The notes beneath the pieces are model-generated. The model was not told where the DNA came from, searched no databases, and saw only the letters and a list, made by a program, of their open reading frames with translations. Below, piece by piece: positions 55,642 through 64,000 of a DNA stretch of 64,000 bases. Source of the DNA: Thalassobaculaceae bacterium (lineage in GTDB: Bacteria > Pseudomonadota > Alphaproteobacteria > Thalassobaculales > Thalassobaculaceae); assembly GCA_965228875.1 (NCBI GenBank), contig OZ245843.1, positions 2,772,616 to 2,836,615 on the forward strand, in the 5' to 3' direction. A program made the position numbers and the translations under genes. Each line of letters starts with the position of its first letter. Position 1 is the first letter of the stretch.

Positions 55642-58600
55642 ACCGACCGCGTCTACACCATCCCGATCGGCACGCCCTTCCTCGACAGGTTGGCCGCCGG
55701 CGTCTGGGACCGGGTCGCCGGCGATCCGGTCGCGCTGACCGATGTCCGTCTGCTGCTGCCGACCCGCCGCGCCGTCCGGTCGGCGGCGGACGCATTCCTG
55801 CGGTTCGGCGATGGCCGGCCGATGCTTCTGCCCAAGCTCTCGACCATCTCCGATGTCGACGAGGACCTGCTGGATGTCGAGGCCGGCGAGGAGGCGGGCA
55901 TCGCCGGCGCCATCGACATTCCGCCCGCCGTGCCGGATCTGCAGCGCCAGCTCGAGCTGATGCGGCTGGTGACCGCCTATCTGCGGGCCGATCCCGACAG
56001 CGCCACGCCGGACACGCCGGAGCACGCCTACAGGCTGGCCGCCGCCCTCGCCCGGCTGATCGACGAGGTGCAGATGCACGGCCGGGATTTCGCCGCGCTG
56101 CACGCCCTGGCGCCGGACGCCTACGCCGCCCATTGGGAGCGGACCGTCGCCTTCCTGAAGATCGTCACCGAAGTCTGGCCGGGTCGGCTCGAGGAGCTCG
56201 GCGCGATCGACCCGATGGCGCGCCGCGACGCGCTGATGCGGGCCGAGGCGGCGGCCCTGCGCGCCAACCCGCCCCAGAGCCCCGTGATCGTTGCCGGCTC
56301 GACCGGGTCCATCCCAGCCACGGCCGAGCTGATGCGCGCGGTGCTGACCCTGCCGGAAGGGGCCATCGTCCTGCCCGGTCTGGACCTGGACAGCGATCCG
56401 GCGAGCTGGCAGGCGATCGGAGAGGATCCGACCCACCCGCAGCACGGTCTGCACAGCCTGCTGCAGACGCTTGGCGTCGAGCGCGCCGCGGTGCGGCTCT
56501 GGTCGCCGGCCGTCACCGCCGGACGCGACCGGCTGATCCGTGAGACGATGCGGCCGGCGGCGACGACGGAAGCATGGCGTGGTCTGTCCACCGCCGCCGA
56601 CGCGCCGACTCCCGCCGCCTTCGACGGCATCACCCGGATCGACGCCGCCTCGCCGCGGGAGGAAGCGGGCGTGATCGCCCTGCTGATGCGCGAGGTCCTG
56701 GACGAACCGGGCAAGACCGCCGCCCTGGTCACGCCCGACCGTCGCCTTGCCCGGCGGGTCGCGGTCGAGCTCCGACGCTGGCGGATCGACCGCGGCGACG
56801 GCGAGCGGCTGGACGTGAACGATTCCGGCGGCTCCCCCCTGACCAACAGCCCGGTCGCCGTATTCCTGCGCCTGCTGGCGACCGCCATGACGGACTGCGC
56901 GCCCGTCGCCCTGCTGTCGCTGCTCAAACACCCGCTTGCCGCCGCCGGCCTCGATCCGGACCGTTTCCGCCGGCTGACCGATCGCCTGGACCGCGACGTG
57001 CTGCGCGGTCCGCGCCCGGCGCCCGGTCTCGCCGGTCTGCGCCGGGCGGTCGAGGCCGCGGCGCTCGAGACGGAACGGATGGCGGAGCTGCTCGACTTCT
57101 GCGACCGGCTCGCCGCGCGCCTGGCACCGCTGGAGACGGCGCTCTCGGGACGGTCGGTGGAGGTTCCGCTCCTCCTTGACGCGCATCTGCGCGCCGCCGA
57201 GGCGCTGGCGACCAGCCACGAGACGGACGGCAGCCTGCGGCTCTGGGTCGGCGAGGCCGGCGAGGCGATGGCCCGGCTTTCCAATGAGTTCGCCGACGGC
57301 GCCGAGGGCATGGAGCCGATCGCCGGCGCCGACTGGCCCGGCCTGTTCGATGCCCTGCTGGAGGGGCGGGTCGTACGCCCCCGGTTCGGCAGTCACCCGC
57401 GCCTGCACATCCTGGGCGTGCTCGAGGCCCGTCTGCTGGCCTTTGACCGGGTGATCCTGGGCGGCTTGAACGAGGGTTCGTGGCCCGCCGAGGCACGACC
57501 CGATCCCTGGATGAGCCGGCCGATGCGTCGGGATTTCGGCCTGCCGTCCATCGACCTGGCCATCGGCAAGGCAGCCCACGACGTGGCCATGGCGCTGGGC
57601 GGGCGCGAGGTGTTCCTGACCCGCTCCCAGCGCGTGGACGGCAGCCCGACCATCGCGTCGCGCTGGCTGCTGCGCCTCGACACCGTCGCCCGCGCTCTGC
57701 AGTGCCAGGAGCGCCTGAGGTCCTGGGCCGCTCCCGCCGCATGGCATGCCCAGCTCGACGCCCCGACCGCCGCCGATCCCGGCCGCCCGCCGGAGCCGCG
57801 TCCCAAACTGCATCAACGCCCACGCAGGCTCTCGGTCACGCGGATCGACACCTGGCTGCGCGATCCCTATTCGATCTACGCCCGCTACATCCTGAATCTG
57901 AAAGCGCTCGACCCGTTGGACATGGAGGTCGGCGCCATCGAACGCGGCAACGCCATCCACGAGGCGCTCGACGCCTTCGTGCGCGACCATCCCCGCGACC
58001 TGCCGCCGAACGCCGACCAGGTCCTGATCGAGTACGGCAGACGGAGTTTCGACACGCACATGGACCGGCCCGGCGTCTGGGCCTTCTGGTGGCCGCGTTT
58101 CGAGCGGGTGGCCCGCTGGTTCGTCGAGGTCGAGCGCGACCGGCGGCGCTCCCTCGACGACTCGGTCACGGAGCGCAAGGGGACGCTGGAACTGCCCGGT
58201 CCTGCGGGGCCGTTCGTTCTGGAAGGCACCGCCGACCGCATCGACCGTCGCGGCGACGGCACCTATGCGCTCGTCGACTACAAGACCGGTTCCAACCCGA
58301 CCCTCGGCGACCTGAAGTCCGGCCGCGCACCGCAGCTGCCATTGGAGGCGATGATCCTGATGGCCGGCGGGTTCCCGGACCTGGCGGCGGCGGAAGTGGC
58401 GTCGCTTGAGTACTGGCGGGTCGGCGGCGGCACGCCGCCGGGACGGGTCGATGCGGTCGACGCCATCGTCCCGCAACTGGTCGAGGAGGCCCGCGCCGGC
58501 CTGGAGGCGCTGATCGCCGCCTTCGACGACGAGACGACACCCTATCACGCCGCGCCCGATCCGCGCCGAAGCCTGCGCTTCAACGACTACGACCACCTGG

Positions 58601-58644
58601 CGCGGACCGGAGACTGGTCGACAGGCGACGAGGCGGAGGCGTGA
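55639..58644 (+). CDS. addB: Double-strand break repair protein AddB
   Basis: LPTRRA, AGSTGSIPATA, HPQ, RDPYSIYA, ADRID, DYKTG. Confidence 0.93.
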   Translation: MTDRVYTIPIGTPFLDRLAAGVWDRVAGDPVALTDVRLLLPTRRAVRSAADAFLRFGDGRPMLLPKLSTISDVDEDLLDVEAGEEAGIAGAIDIPPAVPDLQRQLELMRLVTAYLRADPDSATPDTPEHAYRLAAALARLIDEVQMHGRDFAALHALAPDAYAAHWERTVAFLKIVTEVWPGRLEELGAIDPMARRDALMRAEAAALRANPPQSPVIVAGSTGSIPATAELMRAVLTLPEGAIVLPGLDLDSDPASWQAIGEDPTHPQHGLHSLLQTLGVERAAVRLWSPAVTAGRDRLIRETMRPAATTEAWRGLSTAADAPTPAAFDGITRIDAASPREEAGVIALLMREVLDEPGKTAALVTPDRRLARRVAVELRRWRIDRGDGERLDVNDSGGSPLTNSPVAVFLRLLATAMTDCAPVALLSLLKHPLAAAGLDPDRFRRLTDRLDRDVLRGPRPAPGLAGLRRAVEAAALETERMAELLDFCDRLAARLAPLETALSGRSVEVPLLLDAHLRAAEALATSHETDGSLRLWVGEAGEAMARLSNEFADGAEGMEPIAGADWPGLFDALLEGRVVRPRFGSHPRLHILGVLEARLLAFDRVILGGLNEGSWPAEARPDPWMSRPMRRDFGLPSIDLAIGKAAHDVAMALGGREVFLTRSQRVDGSPTIASRWLLRLDTVARALQCQERLRSWAAPAAWHAQLDAPTAADPGRPPEPRPKLHQRPRRLSVTRIDTWLRDPYSIYARYILNLKALDPLDMEVGAIERGNAIHEALDAFVRDHPRDLPPNADQVLIEYGRRSFDTHMDRPGVWAFWWPRFERVARWFVEVERDRRRSLDDSVTERKGTLELPGPAGPFVLEGTADRIDRRGDGTYALVDYKTGSNPTLGDLKSGRAPQLPLEAMILMAGGFPDLAAAEVASLEYWRVGGGTPPGRVDAVDAIVPQLVEEARAGLEALIAAFDDETTPYHAAPDPRRSLRFNDYDHLARTGDWSTGDEAEA

Positions 58645-58645
58645 G

Positions 58646-61600
58646 GTGAGCCTGATCGAAGCCCGAAGCGCCGTCGAGGAGGCGACCCGCAACCAGCGTG
58701 ACGCGGCCGACCCCGCCGTCTCCGCCTGGGTCGCGGCGTCCGCCGGCTCCGGCAAGACCAAGGTGCTGACCGACCGGTTGCTGAACCTGCTGCTGGCCGG
58801 GACCCGTCCGCAGCGTCTCCTCTGCCTGACCTTCACCAAGGCGGCGGCCGCGGAGATGGCCAACCGCCTGTCGCGGACCCTGGCGTCGTGGACGGTGCTG
58901 GACGCCGAGACGCTGGGCGAACAGCTGGAGGCGCTGGACGGCCGTGTCGCCAGCCAGGAGCGCATGGCCAAGGCACGGCGGCTGTTCGCCGAAGTGCTGG
59001 ACGCGCCGGGCGGGCTGAAGATCCAGACCATCCACGCCTTCGCCCAGTCCCTGCTCGGCCGCTTTCCGCTGGAAGCCGGGGTGCCGCCGAACTTCCGGCT
59101 GGCCGACGACCGGGCGGCGGCCACGCTGCTGGAGGATGCCGAGCGCAGGGTTCTCGAACGGGCCCGCGACGGCGACGACGACGCGCTCGCCGACGCCCTC
59201 GCCGCCGTCACCGAACGGGCCGCCGAGCAGACGGTGCGCGACCTGCTGCGGGGTATGCTGGTCCGACGCACCCGCCTGGTCCGCGCCATCGACGGCGCCG
59301 GCGGTATCGAGGGCATCGCCGCCGCCATCCACGCCACCCTCGGCACCGACCCGGCGGAAACCGATTGGGGGCTGCGCCGGACGGCGAGCGACGACGACGC
59401 CTTCGCGCGCGATGCGCTGCACGACGCCGCCAGCGCGCTTGCCGCCGGCGGCAAGACCGACGCCAGGCGGGCCGACGTGCTGTTCGCCTGGCTCGGCCTG
59501 CCGAATGCGGACGCCCGGGCGCAGGCCTGGGACGACTACAAGCGCGCGCTGCTGACCCAGGACGGGGCGATCCAGGCGCGCCTCGCCACCAAGGGCGTGC
59601 AGGAGCGCGCGCCCGCCCTGATCGACGACCTGACCCGCGAGGCCCGGCGCATCGTCGCCGTCGAGGAGCGGCGCAAGGCGCTCGACATCGCCATCCGCAG
59701 CGCCGCCCTCACCCGCCTGTCCGCCGCGATCATCGACGCCTACGCCGCCGCCAAATCGCGGCGCGCCCTACTCGATTTCGAGGACCTGGTGGAACGCGCC
59801 CGACGCCTCCTGGCCGCACCGGGGACAGCCGCCTGGGTGCTGTTCAAGCTGGACGAGGGGCTGGAGCACATCCTGATCGACGAGGCCCAGGACACCAGCC
59901 CGGCCCAGTGGGAGATCGTCCGCGCGCTCGCCGAGGAGTTCTTCGCCGGCCTCGGCGCGGCGGCAGAGCGCGATCCGCAGCGGCCCCGCACCATCTTCGC
60001 GGTCGGCGACGTCAAGCAGTCGATCTACAGTTTCCAGGGCGCCGATCCGGCCGGCTTCACCGCGGCGCGCGCGTATTTCGCCGACCGGGTCGCTGCCGCC
60101 GGGCAGACGTTCCGCGACGTTCAGATGCAGGTCTCCTTCCGCTCGACCTCGGCGGTGCTGCGCGCGGTCGATGCCGTCTTCGCCCGCGAGGAGGCCCGCC
60201 AGGGGGTGGCCGAGATCGTGTCCGGCGTCACCCGCGAAATCGCCCACAGAGCCAGCCGCGAGGGCCAGGCCGGTCGGGTCGAGCTTTGGCCGGTGATCGA
60301 GCCGGAGGAAGAGGAGGCCGGCGACCCCTGGTCCCCGCCGCTCACCCGTTCCTCCATAGATGCGCCGGTCACCCGCCTCGCTCAGCTGATCGCCGCGAGA
60401 ATCGCGCACTGGATCGGATCGCCGGAGACCCTGGAGGCGAAGAACAGACCGATCCGACCCGGCGACGTGATGGTTCTGGTGCGCCGGCGCGGTGCCTTCG
60501 TCGCCGAACTGGTGCGCGCGCTGAAGGCGGCCGGCGTGCCGGTGGCCGGGGTCGACCGGATGGTGCTGACCGAGCAGATGGCGGTGCGCGACCTGATCGC
60601 CCTGGGCCAGGCGCTGCTGCTGCCGGACGACGACCTGACCCTGGCCACGGTGCTGAAGAGCCCGCTGGTGGGGCTGAGCGAGGACGCGTTGCTCGACCTG
60701 TGCCACGACCGTCGGGAGCGACGGGTCTGGGCCGAGCTGCGGCGGCGGGCGGACGAGACGGACGCCTTCGCCCGGGCCGAGGCGCGCCTGGCGCGGTGGC
60801 GGGGGATGGCCGACCGCCTGCCGCCCCACGCCTTCTACCAGCAGATCCTGTCGGCCGACCGCGGGCGCGAGCGGCTGATCGCCCGCCTCGGTCCGGACTG
60901 CGAGGACGCGATCGACGAGTTCCTGGCCCAGGCGCTCGACCACGAACGGGAGAACCCGCCGACCCTGCAGGGCTTCCTCCACGCCGTCACCGCGAGCGAG
61001 CAGGAGGTCAAGCGCGAGCTTGAGGGCGGCGAGGTCGATCAGGTGCGCGTGATGACGGTGCACGGCGCCAAGGGCCTGCAGGCGCCCATCGTCATCCTGC
61101 CGGACACGGTGCGCCCGCCGCAGTTGCGCGATCCGGTGGTCTGGCACCGCGACGGCGGCGACCTGCCGCTGTGGGCGCCATCCAGTGCCGGCGCCGACGC
61201 GGTCTCCGCCGCCGTGCGCGCCGAGGCGCGACAGGCCATGGAGGAGGAATACCGCCGACTGCTCTACGTCGCCATGACCCGGGCGGAGGACCGGCTGATC
61301 GTTTGCGGCTGGAAGGGCAAGCGCGACCCGGTCGACAAGGGCTGGTTCGGTCACGCCCGCGCCGGCCTTCCGGAGATCGCCGAGCCGTCGCACTTGCCGG
61401 GCGTGACCGCGGAGGGTGACGATGGCGCGCTGGTTCTCGCCACCGCCCAGGATGTCCCCCCGCCGGCGCCGGGCGACCAGCCGGAAACCGCCGCCGTCGC
61501 GCCGCTGCCTGCCTGGGCGCGGACCGCCGCCCCGCGGGAACCGACCCCGCCGCGTCCGCTCGCCCCGTCCCGGCCGGCCGCTGACGAACCACCGGTCCGC

Positions 61601-62137
61601 TCGCCGCTACAGCGCGACGGCGCAGACCCGTTCCGCCGCGGCGTTCTCCTGCACCGTCTGCTGCAGCTGCTGCCCGACATCGCGCCGCAGAGGCGATGGG
61701 AGGCCGGCCGCACGCTGCTGCAACGACCGGTTCACGGTCTGACGCCGGATCAGGTCGACGCCTGGCTTGGCGAGGTCCTGGCGGTGCTCCACGATCCGGC
61801 CTTCGCGCCGGTCTTCGCTCCCGGGTCCCGGGCCGAGGTGCCGATCGTCGGCCAGGTGCAGGGACCGGACGGGCCGCAGATCGTCTCCGGCCGCATCGAC
61901 CGGCTGGCGGTGGGTGCGCAGGAGGTGCTGATCGTCGACTACAAGACCAACCGGCCGCCCCCGGTGTCGATCGATGCCGTATCGGAGATGTACCTGCGCC
62001 AGATGGCAACCTATCGGTCGCTCGTGGCCTCCCTATATCCCGGCCGATCGGTGCGATGCGCCCTGCTCTGGACCGACGGACCGTCGTTGATGGCCATCCC
62101 CGACGTGCTGTTGCAGGGGTTTGGCGCATTGCCTTGA
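58646..62137 (+). CDS. addA: Double-strand break repair helicase/nuclease AddA
   Basis: [55 protein letters not shown]. Confidence 0.95.
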   Translation: MSLIEARSAVEEATRNQRDAADPAVSAWVAASAGSGKTKVLTDRLLNLLLAGTRPQRLLCLTFTKAAAAEMANRLSRTLASWTVLDAETLGEQLEALDGRVASQERMAKARRLFAEVLDAPGGLKIQTIHAFAQSLLGRFPLEAGVPPNFRLADDRAAATLLEDAERRVLERARDGDDDALADALAAVTERAAEQTVRDLLRGMLVRRTRLVRAIDGAGGIEGIAAAIHATLGTDPAETDWGLRRTASDDDAFARDALHDAASALAAGGKTDARRADVLFAWLGLPNADARAQAWDDYKRALLTQDGAIQARLATKGVQERAPALIDDLTREARRIVAVEERRKALDIAIRSAALTRLSAAIIDAYAAAKSRRALLDFEDLVERARRLLAAPGTAAWVLFKLDEGLEHILIDEAQDTSPAQWEIVRALAEEFFAGLGAAAERDPQRPRTIFAVGDVKQSIYSFQGADPAGFTAARAYFADRVAAAGQTFRDVQMQVSFRSTSAVLRAVDAVFAREEARQGVAEIVSGVTREIAHRASREGQAGRVELWPVIEPEEEEAGDPWSPPLTRSSIDAPVTRLAQLIAARIAHWIGSPETLEAKNRPIRPGDVMVLVRRRGAFVAELVRALKAAGVPVAGVDRMVLTEQMAVRDLIALGQALLLPDDDLTLATVLKSPLVGLSEDALLDLCHDRRERRVWAELRRRADETDAFARAEARLARWRGMADRLPPHAFYQQILSADRGRERLIARLGPDCEDAIDEFLAQALDHERENPPTLQGFLHAVTASEQEVKRELEGGEVDQVRVMTVHGAKGLQAPIVILPDTVRPPQLRDPVVWHRDGGDLPLWAPSSAGADAVSAAVRAEARQAMEEEYRRLLYVAMTRAEDRLIVCGWKGKRDPVDKGWFGHARAGLPEIAEPSHLPGVTAEGDDGALVLATAQDVPPPAPGDQPETAAVAPLPAWARTAAPREPTPPRPLAPSRPAADEPPVRSPLQRDGADPFRRGVLLHRLLQLLPDIAPQRRWEAGRTLLQRPVHGLTPDQVDAWLGEVLAVLHDPAFAPVFAPGSRAEVPIVGQVQGPDGPQIVSGRIDRLAVGAQEVLIVDYKTNRPPPVSIDAVSEMYLRQMATYRSLVASLYPGRSVRCALLWTDGPSLMAIPDVLLQGFGALP

Positions 62138-62192
62138 CCATGGAAGGCGGCGTTCATACTCTCCGCCTGAGGAACCGCGAAAGGATGATTCG

Positions 62193-62513
62193 ATGACGAC
62201 AAGCCCGGTTTCCGACGCCACGTTCGATGAGGACGTCCTGAAGTCCGATACCCCGGTGGTGGTCGACTTCTGGGCGGAGTGGTGCGGTCCCTGCAAGATG
62301 ATCGGCCCGTCCCTGGAGAAGATCTCCGACGAGCTCGGCTCGCAGGTGAAGGTCGTGAAGCTGAACATCGACGACAACCCGAAGACCCCCGCCGCCTACG
62401 GCGTGCGCGGCATTCCGACGCTGATGGTCTTCAAGGACGGTCAGGTGCACGCGCAGAAGATCGGCGCCCTGCCCGAGAACCAGCTGAAGAACTGGATCGA
62501 GTCGTCGATCTGA
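62193..62513 (+). CDS. trxA: Thioredoxin
   Basis: [22 protein letters not shown]. Confidence 0.96.
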   Translation: MTTSPVSDATFDEDVLKSDTPVVVDFWAEWCGPCKMIGPSLEKISDELGSQVKVVKLNIDDNPKTPAAYGVRGIPTLMVFKDGQVHAQKIGALPENQLKNWIESSI

Positions 62514-62547
62514 CCGACGCCCCGACCGGCCGAACGATCGGTTTTGC

Positions 62548-62573
62548 AACGGCCCCGCTTCGGTGGGGCCGTT
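62548..62573. terminator. Hairpin between convergent trxA and folC
   Basis: AACGGCCCCGC-TTCG-GTGGGGCCGTT with a UUCG tetraloop. Confidence 0.65.
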
Positions 62574-62583
62574 CGCGTTCGGC

Positions 62584-63918
62584 CTACCCGTTCTCCGCTA
62601 GTACGCGCCCGGCGAGGTAGAGCGAGCCGGCGATCAGCACCCGACCGCGCGGACCGCATCCCGCGACGACATCGGACAGAGCCTCGGCCACGCCCGCCCG
62701 GGCGGCCGCGGCCACGCCGGCTGTGCTCGCCATCGCGGCCACCGCCTCCGCCGACAGGCTGGCGGTCTCGCCCGGAATGGCCACGGTCGACACGCTCGCC
62801 GGCAGTCCGGCAAAGGGGCGAAGGTAGTCGTCGGCCGCCTTGGTGTTCAGCATGCCGACGATCAGGTGAACCGGCTCGTCCGGCCTCTCACGTTTCCAGG
62901 CGGCGACCTGGGCCGCCACCGCGCGGCCGGCATCGGCGTTGTGCCCGCCGTCGAGCCATAGCGTCCAGCCGTCGGGCAGCGCGTCGACCAGCGGCCCCCG
63001 CACCAAGTTCTGCATGCGCGCCGGCCAGGACGCCTGGCGCAGGCCCTGTCGACGATGCTCGACCGTGTTGGCCAGCGTTCCCGCCACCGTGCGGGCTATG
63101 ATGACGGCGATCGCGGCATTCTCGACCTGGTGCTCGCCCGCCAGCGCCGGCAGCGGCAGACCCTCCGCCGTGGCGTCCAGGGAGACCGTCATCCCATCGG
63201 CATCCGCGGCAACGGAGAAATCGCGGGCGAACACCCGCGCCGGGGCGTCCAGCGCGGCCGCCCGCTCGAGAATGACCTCCAGCGCCGTCGGCGTCTGCGG
63301 GCCGACGACCAACGGCACGCCCGGTTTGATGATGCCCGCCTTCTCGAAGGCGATCTTCTCGATCGTACCGCCGAGGAACTGGACGTGGTCGATGGAGACC
63401 GGGGTGATCGCCGTGGCCAGCGGCCGATCGATCACGTTGGTCGCGTCGAACCGCCCGCCGAGACCGACCTCGAGCAGGAGCACGTCCGCCGGCACCCGCG
63501 AGAAGGCCAGGAACGCGGCGGCCGTGGTGATCTCGAACAGGGTGATCGGCGCGCCGCCATTCGCCGCCTCGCACTCCTCCAGCACCGCGGAGAATGTTCC
63601 GTCGTCGATCAGGGCGCCGGCAAGCCGGATCCGCTCGTTAAAGCGCACCAGATGCGGGGAGGTGTAGGCGTGCACCCGGTGCCCCGCCGCCTCCAGGATC
63701 GACCGGGTATAGGCGACCACCGAGCCCTTGCCGTTGGTGCCCGCCACATGGATGACCGGCGGCACCGCCCGTTCCGGGTTGCCAAGCCGATCCAGCAGGG
63801 CCTGAAGCCGGCCGAGCGACAGGTCGATCGCCTTCGGGTGCAGGGTCTGCAGCCGCACCAGAATGGCGTCCGGCGCGGGCGCGCCCGGAGGAGCCGAGGG
63901 ATTGGCGGGGATGGACAT
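62584..63918 (-). CDS. folC: Folylpolyglutamate synthase/dihydrofolate synthase
   Basis: IDLSL, AGTNGKGS, TSPHL, EVGLGGRFDATN, DGGHN, GSLYLAG. Confidence 0.95.
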   Translation of the reverse strand: MSIPANPSAPPGAPAPDAILVRLQTLHPKAIDLSLGRLQALLDRLGNPERAVPPVIHVAGTNGKGSVVAYTRSILEAAGHRVHAYTSPHLVRFNERIRLAGALIDDGTFSAVLEECEAANGGAPITLFEITTAAAFLAFSRVPADVLLLEVGLGGRFDATNVIDRPLATAITPVSIDHVQFLGGTIEKIAFEKAGIIKPGVPLVVGPQTPTALEVILERAAALDAPARVFARDFSVAADADGMTVSLDATAEGLPLPALAGEHQVENAAIAVIIARTVAGTLANTVEHRRQGLRQASWPARMQNLVRGPLVDALPDGWTLWLDGGHNADAGRAVAAQVAAWKRERPDEPVHLIVGMLNTKAADDYLRPFAGLPASVSTVAIPGETASLSAEAVAAMASTAGVAAAARAGVAEALSDVVAGCGPRGRVLIAGSLYLAGRVLAENG

Positions 63919-63937
63919 GGCCTTGGGACGCGGCGGC

Positions 63938-64000
63938 TCAGGGTTTGGGCGGTTCGGCCGCCTCCGTCTCGCCAGCCGGCTTCGGCTCCGCCAGCTTGGC
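63938..64000 (-). CDS. C-terminal fragment of an upstream gene (possibly accD, by synteny only)
   Basis: Open frame AKLAEPKPAGETEAAEPPKP* ending 19 bp before the folC start. Confidence 0.35.
   Translation of the reverse strand, partial: AKLAEPKPAGETEAAEPPKP

Overview
High-GC alphaproteobacterial chromosome segment; gene content and order suggest Rhodospirillales (inference). Most of it is housekeeping or metabolic: two GT2 glycosyltransferases, speD-speE, bmt, a split YnjBCD-type ABC transporter around tRNA-Gly(CCC) and an RTX-repeat protein, apaG, folE, trkH, mntR with a TroABCD-type Mn/Zn transporter, argE, a CocE hydrolase, metY, trcR, quiC with a shikimate dehydrogenase, a hybrid kinase/REC-EAL phosphorelay, and the conserved divL-tsaE-amgK-murU-addB-addA-trxA / folC block. 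The standout is a 3,084-bp IS1-family element (18706-21789) with perfect 22-bp terminal inverted repeats and an 8-bp target duplication. It carries two different Panacea (DUF4065/SocA-like) antitoxin genes, each overlapping an unrelated coiled-coil/2-TM candidate membrane toxin gene, one pair on each side of the transposase. Other signals worth checking are a possible leader-peptide/terminator attenuator before speD-speE, a structured metY leader, a palindromic MITE-like repeat that supplies stop and start codons, and a DJ-1 protein with no cysteine. All product calls come from motif recognition by eye; no database searches were run.
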